Origin: Spirochaetaceae bacterium | GTDB taxonomy: Bacteria > Spirochaetota > Spirochaetia > DSM-27196 > Alkalispirochaetaceae | Direction of reading: 5' to 3' | DNA length: 64,000 nt | NCBI GenBank assembly: GCA_046540995.1 | Contig: JBKHED010000005.1 | Location: 32,052 to 96,051 of the forward strand | Shown here: one piece after another, positions 35,527 through 45,128 of the stretch | How positions within the stretch are numbered: position 1 is the first letter of the stretch | Layout of the letters: every line of letters starts with the position of its first letter | Made by a program: the position numbers and the translations under genes | The notes under the pieces: model-generated | What the model saw: only the letters and a program-made list of their open reading frames with translations | Databases searched by the model: none | Told to the model about the DNA's origin: nothing

Positions 35527-38240
35527 TATCGTGCCCCTCTCTCTCCGAGGGATTCGACCAGCTCCTCCACCGTGGCGGCGAATCCCACGGTTTCGCTGCG
35601 CTCGATGTGGGGAACCAGGTAGATTACCAGCTCCGTTACCTCCTCGTCCTTCCTCCCCGGGCGAAGGAGTTCCTTGAAGAGGGGAATGCGGTGGAGAAGG
35701 GGAAGGGGGCGTCGCTCTTCCTCCCTCTCCCGCTGGAGAAGACCCGCAAGAATGATCGGCTCCCCCGCTTCGGTCCGCACCGTTGTCTCTACCCGCTTCT
35801 CCGAGGTCGGGGGAGGGTCGTCGCCCTCGGCGAGCTCTACGCCCTGCTTCGAGTACTCCGCGGTTATTCTCATGCGCACCTGCTCCTGCTCCACCACCTC
35901 TCCGAGGACCCTGAGGCGAATGCCCGAGGTAATCTCCCTGGTCACCCCGGTGGGCAGAATCTTCGCCTCTTCCTCGTTGTAGGCGAGATCCCGGTAGCGG
36001 AACGTTTGGGTGTTGGTGAAGGCGACCTCCGTGCCGTCCAAGCCGTAGAGTGTCGTATCAGCGAGGAGGCGCGCGGACTGTTCCGAGAGTCCCCGACTTA
36101 TGGTTGCCGCGAGACGATGGCCTAGGAGGGCGATGGCGTCGAAGCGGAGGGTGAGAAGCTGATCGAACATGCCACTAAGGGCGACCGCCCCGCCTCGGGC
36201 CCTGTCGTCCAGCTCGCCGGCCAGGTCATAGGAGGAACCCTCCCGGTGCTGCCGCTGGAGAATGAGAAGGTCGTAGCGAATCTGTCTGGCCGGTCGGTCA
36301 ATCGTGAGGAGCAGCTCCCGGAGAGTGGCGATCTCTCCCTCTTTGCCCCAGGCGACCAGCCCTCGGCCACCGGGGGCGCTCCGGAGGCTCGGCATGCCCG
36401 CTTCACCACCGAAACGCTCCACGAACTCTTCACCACGGAGCGCGGTCAGGCGGAAAAAGCGAGTGCTCTCTTCCCGGTCGAAGAGTGCGACGAACTCTCT
36501 CAGCTCCGAGAGCGCCCTTTCCGGCAGCGCTGCGAGAATGGCCGAGTCGTCCGGGGTGGAGCTCATATGAAACCCCTCGAAGCGGCTCGGCAGGGCGAGA
36601 AGGAGCTCCGAGGCGGAGGTATGCCGGAGCTCCAGGAGCTCAAAGGGTGTGCCTTCGAGCTCTCGTCGGTCCACCGCGGAGAGGAGGGTTGCCGCCCGCG
36701 CAACCTCAGCGGGCGCTCCGGAAAGTAGGACACGGTTGCGTCCCGGATCCGGAAGCGCCCGTAGCCGTCCGGAGAGCTCCGGGCCGAGTAGCGTGAGCAA
36801 GGGTGAAGGGGCCCAGTGGTGAAGCGGAACCGATAGCTCCAACGGATGCGCCCCGGCACCGGTGGTCGGAACTATCTCGGTGTATCCGGAGCGCTCTCGC
36901 GCCACAGCCTTCACGGAGTCGAGGAGGACGGCAAGGATTTCCTCGAAGGTACGGTCCCGGAGAACCAGCTCCTCCACCGGTAGCTCCTCCCTGGGCGAGT
37001 AGAGGTAACTCCGGCTCTCCGCCGCGAAGAGACGATCGAGAACCTCCCGAAGGGAGGTTTGGTGGACAAAGAGGGAGTACCGACCCTCATCCTCCGCCCG
37101 CAGCTCCACAGCGGAGCCGTGCCGCCGGTGGGCGGCGAAGGAGGAGCGCTCCGCCGGGAGCTCCGAGAACCCCCCGGGCCGCTGGTCGGAAGAGGCGAGG
37201 AGTATGTGCGTCCTCCTCGATTCCACTCGGAGCCTCGGCTCTTCCGCCAGCAGCGCCGTTAGCAGCTCCTCCAACGGCATGGGGCCGCCATGAAAGCTCA
37301 CGGCGCGATCCTGTAGATCTACGGCACGAATCGGCGTGTTCGCCACGTGAGAGAGCCGTTGGAGCACCGTGGCGAGGGGCGCCTCCACGGCGTCGAGGCT
37401 GTACGACTCCTCCCCAACTTTCCGGACCCGGATCCTGGAGACCAGGGTGACCCCGTTTCCCCGGGGCAGAAGATAGAGATCGAAGGCGTCACAGAACGCT
37501 TCCAGGGCCCCCTGAAGCGGTATGGAGGAGAAGAAGTAGGAGGCTCTGCCGCTCACCGTCTGATCCGGGATTATCGTTCTTTCCGTGGCGGCGGCGAGGA
37601 GCAGGAGAATCTCCCGAATCGGCTGATCCCGAAACTCCATTTCCACGATCTGCGGCTCCTCGGCGGAGGCGGAGGTTTCGGAATCGGAGGTTTGGGAGCC
37701 GGGGGATTCCGGAAAGAGCTCCAACGCCGGGAGAAGGAGCATGCTGAGGCCGAACATGAGCACCGCTGCCTCCCGCAGCGCCTCCCGGAAGGAGGCGAAC
37801 CCGCGGAGCGCCGAGGCGGCAACGAGAAACGGAGCGAAGGGATAGCGTCGCGGTACCCCGGGGAGCTCCTCACCACGCCGGAGCCGGTTCACGAGGAGCA
37901 ACAGGAGCGCGGAGAGAACCAGGGCGTCGCACCAGCCGGGGCCGCCGAGATAGGCGGCGAGCATGAGGGAGAGGGCGAGGTCGCCGCCTCCGACAGCGTG
38001 GGGCATGGTGAGGCGGAAAGGTCCGAGGGCGAACAGGGGCCAGAGGAGCGCCGGGAGTTGCGAACCCCGGGGACCAATCAGAAGAAGGGCGACAAGACCG
38101 CCCAAGGAGATCCAGTGCGGTACTCGCAGCGTTCTCTGATCCCAGAACGCCGCCAAGAGGCCGAAGAGGAGAAACAGCAGGGCACGAAACAGTGGAAGCA
38201 TTATTGAGAAGAGACAGCGGCCGCGACGTTCCCGCTTCAA
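35526..38240 (-). CDS. in-frame fusion of an A24-type prepilin peptidase core (aa ~1-160) with a PilQ/GspD-type secretin (aa ~200-904)
   Basis: The peptidase part has WDQRTLRVP and GGGDLAL in a polytopic hydrophobic N-terminus. The secretin part has an N0-like IVEMEFRDQPIREILLLLAAATERTIIPDQ and a C-terminal secretin domain (ITSGIRLRVLGEVV...VRTEAGEPIILAGLL...HRIPLFKELL). Confidence 0.8.
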   Translation of the reverse strand: MKRERRGRCLFSIMLPLFRALLFLLFGLLAAFWDQRTLRVPHWISLGGLVALLLIGPRGSQLPALLWPLFALGPFRLTMPHAVGGGDLALSLMLAAYLGGPGWCDALVLSALLLLLVNRLRRGEELPGVPRRYPFAPFLVAASALRGFASFREALREAAVLMFGLSMLLLPALELFPESPGSQTSDSETSASAEEPQIVEMEFRDQPIREILLLLAAATERTIIPDQTVSGRASYFFSSIPLQGALEAFCDAFDLYLLPRGNGVTLVSRIRVRKVGEESYSLDAVEAPLATVLQRLSHVANTPIRAVDLQDRAVSFHGGPMPLEELLTALLAEEPRLRVESRRTHILLASSDQRPGGFSELPAERSSFAAHRRHGSAVELRAEDEGRYSLFVHQTSLREVLDRLFAAESRSYLYSPREELPVEELVLRDRTFEEILAVLLDSVKAVARERSGYTEIVPTTGAGAHPLELSVPLHHWAPSPLLTLLGPELSGRLRALPDPGRNRVLLSGAPAEVARAATLLSAVDRRELEGTPFELLELRHTSASELLLALPSRFEGFHMSSTPDDSAILAALPERALSELREFVALFDREESTRFFRLTALRGEEFVERFGGEAGMPSLRSAPGGRGLVAWGKEGEIATLRELLLTIDRPARQIRYDLLILQRQHREGSSYDLAGELDDRARGGAVALSGMFDQLLTLRFDAIALLGHRLAATISRGLSEQSARLLADTTLYGLDGTEVAFTNTQTFRYRDLAYNEEEAKILPTGVTREITSGIRLRVLGEVVEQEQVRMRITAEYSKQGVELAEGDDPPPTSEKRVETTVRTEAGEPIILAGLLQREREEERRPLPLLHRIPLFKELLRPGRKDEEVTELVIYLVPHIERSETVGFAATVEELVESLGERGAR

Positions 38241-38262
38241 TTAGGCGAAGGATCCCTCTTTT

Positions 38263-38271
38263 TGGTATACT
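38263..38271 (+). promoter_or_regulatory. extended -10 element TGgTATACT 6 nt upstream of the pncB ATG
   Basis: Direct reading. No SD lies between the element and the ATG at 38278. Confidence 0.35.
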
Positions 38272-38277
38272 GCCGGT

Positions 38278-39726
38278 ATGATACCTCGCTACCACGCGAC
38301 GAGTGGGCTCCTAACGGATCTCTACGAGCTCACGATGATGCAGGGCTATTACCAGTACAAGATGAACGAGTGCGCCGTCTTTGACATGTTCTTTCGGCGG
38401 CAACCCTTTGACGGAGGGTTTTCCATCTTCGCGGGTTTGGAAGACCTGGTGGAGACTCTGGAAAACCTCAGTTTCGAGGAGGAGGAGATCGAATACCTCC
38501 GTTCCACGGGGTACTTCAACGAGGAGTTCCTCGGGTTCCTCCGGAAGTTTCGGTTCCAGGGGGAGCTCTGGTCCGTCTCGGAGGGTTCGGTTGTCTTTCC
38601 CGGGGAGCCTCTTATCCGGGTCCACGCCACCCTTATGGAGGCGCAGCTCATAGAGAGCCTCCTGCTCAATATCATTAACTATCAAACCCTCGTCGCCACT
38701 AAGACCGCCCGAGTCTACCTCGCCTCGAACGAGGGAAAGATCCTGGAGTTTGGTCTGCGCCGCGCTCAGGGGTGGAACGGCGCTCTCCAGGCGAGCCGGG
38801 CAGCGTACGTCGGCGGCGCCTCGGCGACTTCAAACACCCTGGCGGGCAAGCTCTTCGGTATTCCCGTAAGCGGCACTATGGCCCACAGCTGGGTTATGGC
38901 CTTTGGGGACGAGGAGGAGTCCTTTCGTCGCTACGCCGATCTCTACCCGACCTCCACGATTCTTCTCATAGATACCTTCGAGACCCTTGGTAGCGGGCTT
39001 CGCCACGCCATAGCCATCGGAAAGGAGCTCCAGCGCAAAGGCCACCAGTTCGGTGTCCGCCTCGACAGCGGCGACATTCAGTATCTCAGCAAGGAGGTTC
39101 GCAAGGCGCTGGACGCGGAGGGGCTCTCGGATGCGAAGATCGCGGTGAGCAATGAGCTCAACGAGGAGATTATTCATCAGCTTGTTACCGCCAACAGCCC
39201 CATAGATCTCTGGGGCGTCGGTACCCAGCTCGTTACCGGAGGTGACGAATCCTCCCTCGCGGGGGTGTACAAGCTCGCGGCGATATTCCGGAACGGCAGT
39301 TGCGAGCCTACGATGAAGATCTCGGACAATCCGGAGAAATCCACGAACCCCGGCATCAAGCAGCTGCACCGCTTCTACGACAAGAACGGACAGCCCGTGG
39401 CGGACCTCGTCTCCCTGGAAGAGGAGGAGATCGTCAAAGGCGGAAGTTACACCTTCTACCACCCCGCCATTGACTACCGGCACTTCCGAATCGAGAACGC
39501 CCGGAATATCGAGCCCCTGATTCACCGAGTTATGAAGGAGGGAAAGCGGTGCCGGGAGCTCCCCGCGCTGCAGGAGATACAGGATCGGACCAAGTCCCAG
39601 CTCAGCTCTCTCGATGAGACGTATAAGCGAATAATCAATCCGCACATCTACAAGGTCTCCATCTCTTCGAAGCTCAAAGGGCTGAAGCAGGATATTCTCC
39701 AGCGAGTCTTTGAGGAGGAGGAGTAG
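38278..39726 (+). CDS. pncB: nicotinate phosphoribosyltransferase
   Basis: LLTDLYELTMMQGY N-terminus, SGTMAHSWVM, and about 480 aa. Confidence 0.9.
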   Translation: MIPRYHATSGLLTDLYELTMMQGYYQYKMNECAVFDMFFRRQPFDGGFSIFAGLEDLVETLENLSFEEEEIEYLRSTGYFNEEFLGFLRKFRFQGELWSVSEGSVVFPGEPLIRVHATLMEAQLIESLLLNIINYQTLVATKTARVYLASNEGKILEFGLRRAQGWNGALQASRAAYVGGASATSNTLAGKLFGIPVSGTMAHSWVMAFGDEEESFRRYADLYPTSTILLIDTFETLGSGLRHAIAIGKELQRKGHQFGVRLDSGDIQYLSKEVRKALDAEGLSDAKIAVSNELNEEIIHQLVTANSPIDLWGVGTQLVTGGDESSLAGVYKLAAIFRNGSCEPTMKISDNPEKSTNPGIKQLHRFYDKNGQPVADLVSLEEEEIVKGGSYTFYHPAIDYRHFRIENARNIEPLIHRVMKEGKRCRELPALQEIQDRTKSQLSSLDETYKRIINPHIYKVSISSKLKGLKQDILQRVFEEEE

Positions 39727-39733
39727 TAGGGCA

Positions 39734-40537
39734 ATGAGCTGGTTCGGAAAGATCCTCGGAGGCACCTTCGGTCTCTTCCTCGGCGGGCCTCTCGGCGCCG
39801 TCGCAGGAGCTGCGCTGGGACACCTCTTCTTCGACTCAGCCCAGGAGCAGCTCCGGGAGGAAGAGCAGGGGCGACCCCGTTTCACCGCCTCCGCGGAGCG
39901 CATCCAAGCCGCATATTTTATCGCGCTCTTTTCGCTCCTCGGTAAAATCGCCAAGGCCGACGGCAGGGTGACTAAGGATGAAGGAGACCTGGTGGTTCGC
40001 TTCCTCGACCAGATGCGGGTGACCGGGCGACAGCGGGAGTTTGCCATACAGGTTTTCAACGAAGCGAAGGGAATCCACTACTCCGTGGAGGAGCTCGCCC
40101 AGCAGTTTCGCCAGGTTACCGGCGGGCGCCGGGACCTCGCCTTCGGCCTTATGGAGATGCTCTTTCAGGTGGCCATGGCGGACGGCACCTTTCACCCTCA
40201 GGAGGAGGAGCGGATTCGCCGGGTCGCCGGGATCGTCGGTCTCGGGCAGTACGAGTGGAACACGCTCTACCATCGCTACGTAGCGGGTCCGGGGGGCGCA
40301 GAAGGATACGGCGGTGCCCGGCGCCCCTCCCTAGAGGAGCATTACGAGACCCTCGGGGTCTCCGAGAACGCCTCGGATGATGAGGTGCGAAAGGCGTACC
40401 GAAGGCTCGCCAAGGAGAACCACCCCGATACTCTTATCGCCAAGGGGCTGCCGGAGGAGTTCGTGGAGTACGCCACCGAGCGCTTTCAGCGGATTCAGAA
40501 CGCCTGGGATGAGATAAAGAAAGAGCGGGGGATCTGA
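39734..40537 (+). CDS. djlA: DjlA-type co-chaperone (TM, TerB-like domain, C-terminal J domain)
   Basis: N-terminal Gly-rich TM FGLFLGGPLGAVAGAALG. J domain HYETLGVSENASDDEVRKAYRRLAKENHPD. Confidence 0.8.
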   Translation: MSWFGKILGGTFGLFLGGPLGAVAGAALGHLFFDSAQEQLREEEQGRPRFTASAERIQAAYFIALFSLLGKIAKADGRVTKDEGDLVVRFLDQMRVTGRQREFAIQVFNEAKGIHYSVEELAQQFRQVTGGRRDLAFGLMEMLFQVAMADGTFHPQEEERIRRVAGIVGLGQYEWNTLYHRYVAGPGGAEGYGGARRPSLEEHYETLGVSENASDDEVRKAYRRLAKENHPDTLIAKGLPEEFVEYATERFQRIQNAWDEIKKERGI

Positions 40538-40582
40538 TTCCGAAACCGGCTCCTCCGTCGCCGTGGCGGTCGGCCGGACCGG

Positions 40583-41890
40583 TTATCCGCTGTTTCCCAG
40601 AACCGGAAAGGCGGTCGTTCCGAGAGGACGGATACCGGTTAGGGTGACGCACCCGTTGCCGAAGAGTCGCTCCATCTGCTCTACAAAGGACTCCTCCATC
40701 TGAGTCGGTAGGAAGACCTGCATGGTTCCCGCGAAGCCGCCCCCGTGTACTCTGGCGACCCCTCGGCCGCGGAGGATCGTCTCCGCCACGGCCAAACCGG
40801 TGGCCAGGGGCTGGTCCGCCGGATCTCCGGGGCTCACGCAGTTCTGGAGAAAGCGCCAGGATGAGAGTCCGGACTCCCGGGCGAGGGTGAGAAAGCGTTC
40901 CAGATCGCCTGCGGCCAGCGCCTCCCGTTGCTCCTGGGCGCGCCGGTTCTCCGAGACGAAGTGAAGGGCCCGGAGGAGCGCCCGGTCTCCCACGCTCTCG
41001 CGGAGATCCGGCCCTCTCTCAATGATCTCCTCCTCCGTAACTCCCCGGAGGTACTCCTTGCCGAAGACGCGAGCCACCGCCCGCATCTCCCTTGGAACCG
41101 CGGCGTATGCGTCGGTGAGCTCCGCGTGGCTTCCTCCGGTGTCGACAATGGCGAGGCGGTATCCCCGGGCGAGCAGATCCACCTCCATGCCCGTCACTTC
41201 TGGATCGTCGGCGCGCTCGAAGTCTATGCCTACCACTCCGCCGTGGGCACACGCTATTTGGTCCATGAGGCCGCACGGTTTGCCCATGTAGTTGTTTTCG
41301 GCGTACTGACCGATCTTGGCGAGCTCAATCGGCCCGATGGCGGCGTCGTTGTAGAGTTGGGAAAGAATGGTTCCGAGGAGTACTTCGATCGCCGCGGAGG
41401 AGCTCATGCCGGAACCCGGCAGGACCCGGCTCTCCAGGTAGGCGGCGAACCCGCCGATCTGGTGGCCGAGCTCCTCGAACCGTGCGGCCACCCCCCGAAT
41501 GAGGGCCTGAGTTCCGCTCTCTCCGGATTGTGGTTCCGCCTTGGACAGATCGACGTCGAAGAGGGCGTCGAACCCCTTCGAGCGGAGCCGCACCCGGTTA
41601 TCTCCGGTGGGAACCACCGCGGCGAGGGCGTCGAGCTCGATACTGCCGGCAACGACGCAGCCGAGATTGTGGTCCGTGTGGTTTCCGCCGAGCTCGCTCC
41701 GGCCGGGGGTCGAGACGAAGCGGAGCTTCTCCGGTTCCGCCTCCGGAAACTCCCGCAGGAGCGCTTCGGCAGCCGAGGCGAAGCGGTTGAGGATCGCTTG
41801 TCGGGAGGTGCCGGCGTAACAGCCTGAAAGGAGAGGCTTGATCCTCTGATCGTTCAGGTAGGAGTCGATTCGCTCTCTGAGGTTTGACAC
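40583..41890 (-). CDS. galK: galactokinase-family GHMP kinase
   Basis: PGRSELGGNHTDHN (galactokinase signature variant) and the GHMP motif LPGSGMSSSAA. Confidence 0.8.
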   Translation of the reverse strand: MSNLRERIDSYLNDQRIKPLLSGCYAGTSRQAILNRFASAAEALLREFPEAEPEKLRFVSTPGRSELGGNHTDHNLGCVVAGSIELDALAAVVPTGDNRVRLRSKGFDALFDVDLSKAEPQSGESGTQALIRGVAARFEELGHQIGGFAAYLESRVLPGSGMSSSAAIEVLLGTILSQLYNDAAIGPIELAKIGQYAENNYMGKPCGLMDQIACAHGGVVGIDFERADDPEVTGMEVDLLARGYRLAIVDTGGSHAELTDAYAAVPREMRAVARVFGKEYLRGVTEEEIIERGPDLRESVGDRALLRALHFVSENRRAQEQREALAAGDLERFLTLARESGLSSWRFLQNCVSPGDPADQPLATGLAVAETILRGRGVARVHGGGFAGTMQVFLPTQMEESFVEQMERLFGNGCVTLTGIRPLGTTAFPVLGNSG

Positions 41891-41896
41891 GGCGAT

Positions 41897-41925
41897 ACGG
41901 TAGAACGGCGTCGGGACGCTGTCAA
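41897..41925 (-). promoter_or_regulatory. candidate promoter for galK
   Basis: On the minus strand: TTGACA, 17 nt, TACCGT, then 6 nt to the GTG at 41890. Confidence 0.3.
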
Positions 41926-41967
41926 CCTACGGTGCGGTTGGCGCGGTAGAGACTCAGCCGAAAAACA

Positions 41968-42456
41968 TCAGCTCTCCGACTCTTCCTCGCTCTCCCGGTC
42001 GGTGCGCTCTTCTCTCCCTTCCGGAGTGATCTGCTCCAACAGCCCCTCTTCCTGTTCGGCGATACGTTCATTCACCGTGCTCAGAATCTTTTCGGAGAGG
42101 ATTTCAACCCAGGGGGGTAGAGTATCGTCCTCATCCTCCTCATACTTCAGAAGCAGTTCCTCGAAGAGCTCCCGGGAGGTGCGATACTCCTCCATCTTGT
42201 AATGGATAAAGGCTATCTCATACTCCGCGGCGGCTATGTTCGCCTCGTCATCGGGGTATCGCTCGATAAAGGTCTCGTAGTAGTGAAGGGCGACCTCCCA
42301 CTCGTTGTCGTCCGCCGCATCCTGGGCGCGCTGAAAGAACTCCGCCTGGGAGAGGTCTTCGGGTATTTCCGGTAGCTCGGTCTGACAAGCGGAAAGGAGG
42401 AGCAGCAGTAGAAGTGCCGCTCCAAGCCCGCCACGTCGTTCTAAATGACTTTTCAT
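41968..42456 (-). CDS. TPR-like lipoprotein
   Basis: Internal ATG followed by LLLLLLLSAC (lipobox). Helical repeats FFQRAQDAADDNEWEVALHYYETFIERYPDD. Confidence 0.6.
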   Translation of the reverse strand: MKSHLERRGGLGAALLLLLLLSACQTELPEIPEDLSQAEFFQRAQDAADDNEWEVALHYYETFIERYPDDEANIAAAEYEIAFIHYKMEEYRTSRELFEELLLKYEEDEDDTLPPWVEILSEKILSTVNERIAEQEEGLLEQITPEGREERTDRESEEESES

Positions 42457-42499
42457 GGTACTCCTGCCGATAGTAGCAGCGGCTTTCGTCGCGGTCAAC

Positions 42500-45043
42500 C
42501 TAATCCGCCCAGACCACGTAACCCGGTACAAAGCGGTGGACCAAGTCCGGATGATTGGGAAGGACGCGAATTGCCAGGCCCTGCCGGCCCGCCTGCCGAC
42601 ACGGTATGCGAGCCTTAAACAGCTGCATGCCATTCTCGGCGCTCGCCGCTTTTAGGGTAAGCCGTTCGGGGTCTTCCAGGGAGCCGTCCGCAGCGACCCG
42701 TCCGAAGAGCGCCTCCACGGTTACCTGCTCCGGGGTGAGGGACCCGAGAGCGATATGGGCGGAGACCGAAACGGTGTCGCCCACATTGAGCTCCCGCTTC
42801 TGTCCACCGTCGATCTTGGCCACCTCTATCTCTTGCCACGCCGTTTCGAGTTTGTGGACGTACTCCGCCACGGACTTCGCCCGGGCGTGCTCATCCTTCC
42901 CGAAGCGGTCGGCGTTTCTGAGGGCGGGGAGGTAGAACTGGTTCGAGTAGTCCATGAGCATTCGGTGGGTGGAGAACTCCTTGCCCACGGTGCTCATTGA
43001 GTTCTTCATCATGGTGATCCAGTCCCTCGGAAGGCCGTCGTGGCCGCGTTCGAAAAAGGTAGGAATGATCTCCCGCTCCAGGAGGTCGTAGAGGGCGGTG
43101 CTCTCGATCTCGTCCTGCAGCTCCTCGTCTTCGTACTCCTCACCGTGGCCAATGGCGAACCCGTTGTTTCCGTCATACCCCTCGGCCCACCATCCGTCGA
43201 GGACCGAGCAGTTGAGCACGCCGTTGAGGCCTGCCTTCATGCCACTGGTGCCGCTCGCCTCCAGGGGGCGCCTCGGCGTGTTGAGCCAGAGGTCGCTTCC
43301 GGAAACCATCTGTTTGGCGATGGTCATATCGTAGTTTTCGAGAAACACGATCTTGCTTCGGAGCTCCGGATCACTGGCGAAGTGGACTATGTCCTTAATG
43401 AGGTTTTTGCCCGGAATATCGTGGGGATGCGCTTTGCCGGCGAAAATCAGCTGCACCGGGTACTCCGTATTCGAGAGGAGCCGCTTGAGGCGCTCGGGAT
43501 CCCGAAAGAGCAGGGTCGCTCGCTTATAGGTGGCGAATCGTCGGGCAAAGCTTATGGTGAAGGCGTAGGGAGAGAGCACCTCCTCGGCGTGAAGAAGTTG
43601 GGAGTGTGATCCCCCGCGGCTCTCCAGCTGCTCCCTGAGTCGCTTCCGTGCGAAGGCGACAAGGCGGTTCTTCCGCGCCTCATGGGTACGCCAGAGCTCC
43701 TCGTCGGAGATGCGGTCGATGCGGTCCCAGATCTCGAGATAGGTGGGGTCGTCGTAGAACCGGGGCCCGAAGTACCGGTCCAGGAGGTCGGTCATCTCCT
43801 CGGAAAGGAAATTCCTCGGATGAACGCCGTTGGTGATGTGGCCGATGGGCACCTCCTCCACCGGGAGCCCGCCCCAGACGTTTTTCCACATATCTCGGGA
43901 GATATCGCCGTGGAGCTCACTGACGCCGTTGTTGTACGCCGAAAGCTTGAGGGCGAGGACGGTCATGCAGAAGTGCTCTAGGGGGTCTTCCGGGTTCTCC
44001 CGGCCGAGGGCCATGAACGCTTCCCAGCTCAAACCGGTACCGTCGGTGACGTTATGAAAGTACTTCTGCATCAGCTCCACCGGAAAACGCTCGTTTCCAG
44101 CGGGCACCGGCGTGTGGGTGGTAAAGATGTTGGTCGGCCAAACCGCCTGTCGCGCCTGATCGAAGGAGAGTCCCTCATCCTGCATGTAATTCCGGATTCG
44201 CTCTATACCGAGAAAGGCGGAGTGCCCCTCGTTCATGTGGGTTACCGCGGGCTCGATGCCGAGCGCCTTCAGGGCGCGGATACCGCCGATACCGAGGAGG
44301 ATCTCCTGCCGCATTCTGGTTTCCCGGTCCCCCCCATAGAGCTGGGCGGTAATCGAGCGGAACTCTTCCCGGTTCTCGTCAATGTTGGTGTCGAGCAAGT
44401 AGAGGCTGTTACGCCCTACCTTTACTTCCCAGATCCGCGCGACGACGACGCTGTCGAGGATCTTGACGGTAATCTTTACATCCTCTCCCGATTTATCGGT
44501 ACACCGGTTAACCGGCATGTTGTACCAGTCGTTCTCCGGGTACCGTTCCTGCTGAAAGCCGTCGGCGTTGAGGTACTGCTGAAAGTATCCCTGCTGGTAG
44601 AGGAGTCCGACGCCGACCAGGGGGAGGCCGAGGTCCGAGGCGGTCTTCATGTGGTCACCTGAGAGGACCCCGAGGCCTCCGGAGTAGATCGGGAGGCTCA
44701 CGTCGAGGCCGTACTCCATGGAGAAGTAGGCGATGGTCTTGTTCCTGCTTCCGGTGTACCAGGTATCCTTACTCTGCTTGTACCGCTGGAACTTCTCGTT
44801 CACCTCGTGGAGGGAGGCGAGATAACTGTCGTCCCGGGCGAGTTGTTCGTACCGTTCCTGGGGAATCATGCCCAGCATGCGCACCGGGTTCTGGTGCGAG
44901 GCGATCCAGGCGTCGAAGTCGAGTCTGGTGAAGAGAGTAACCGCATCGTGATTCCAGCTGAGCCACACATTGTGGGCGATTTCCTGCAACGGCTTGAGAG
45001 GCTTTGGAATCTGGGGACTGACGGTGTACTTAATAATCTGCAT
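42500..45043 (-). CDS. glgP: alpha-glucan phosphorylase (GT35, GlgP family)
   Basis: PLP-lysine motif EASGTSGMKAGLNG, about 850 aa, and typical N-terminal FSMEYGL. Confidence 0.92.
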   Translation of the reverse strand: MQIIKYTVSPQIPKPLKPLQEIAHNVWLSWNHDAVTLFTRLDFDAWIASHQNPVRMLGMIPQERYEQLARDDSYLASLHEVNEKFQRYKQSKDTWYTGSRNKTIAYFSMEYGLDVSLPIYSGGLGVLSGDHMKTASDLGLPLVGVGLLYQQGYFQQYLNADGFQQERYPENDWYNMPVNRCTDKSGEDVKITVKILDSVVVARIWEVKVGRNSLYLLDTNIDENREEFRSITAQLYGGDRETRMRQEILLGIGGIRALKALGIEPAVTHMNEGHSAFLGIERIRNYMQDEGLSFDQARQAVWPTNIFTTHTPVPAGNERFPVELMQKYFHNVTDGTGLSWEAFMALGRENPEDPLEHFCMTVLALKLSAYNNGVSELHGDISRDMWKNVWGGLPVEEVPIGHITNGVHPRNFLSEEMTDLLDRYFGPRFYDDPTYLEIWDRIDRISDEELWRTHEARKNRLVAFARKRLREQLESRGGSHSQLLHAEEVLSPYAFTISFARRFATYKRATLLFRDPERLKRLLSNTEYPVQLIFAGKAHPHDIPGKNLIKDIVHFASDPELRSKIVFLENYDMTIAKQMVSGSDLWLNTPRRPLEASGTSGMKAGLNGVLNCSVLDGWWAEGYDGNNGFAIGHGEEYEDEELQDEIESTALYDLLEREIIPTFFERGHDGLPRDWITMMKNSMSTVGKEFSTHRMLMDYSNQFYLPALRNADRFGKDEHARAKSVAEYVHKLETAWQEIEVAKIDGGQKRELNVGDTVSVSAHIALGSLTPEQVTVEALFGRVAADGSLEDPERLTLKAASAENGMQLFKARIPCRQAGRQGLAIRVLPNHPDLVHRFVPGYVVWAD

Positions 45044-45128
45044 AACGTTCTTCCTTTACACTATCGACACTACGCAGTGCGGTGCACAGATGTCAACGCG
45101 AGGGCCCCCATAGCATGCGGTGGTGAGC

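Noticed and set aside
38830-40059. 409-aa ORF on the minus strand
   Set aside because: It is antisense to pncB and djlA, both confidently identified, and its composition is low in information.
41888-41925. galK as a leaderless gene
   Set aside because: The promoter geometry fits (TTGACA-17-TACCGT-6), but the start codon is GTG and the -10 is weak. Leaderless translation normally needs AUG, so I kept it only as a low-confidence promoter.
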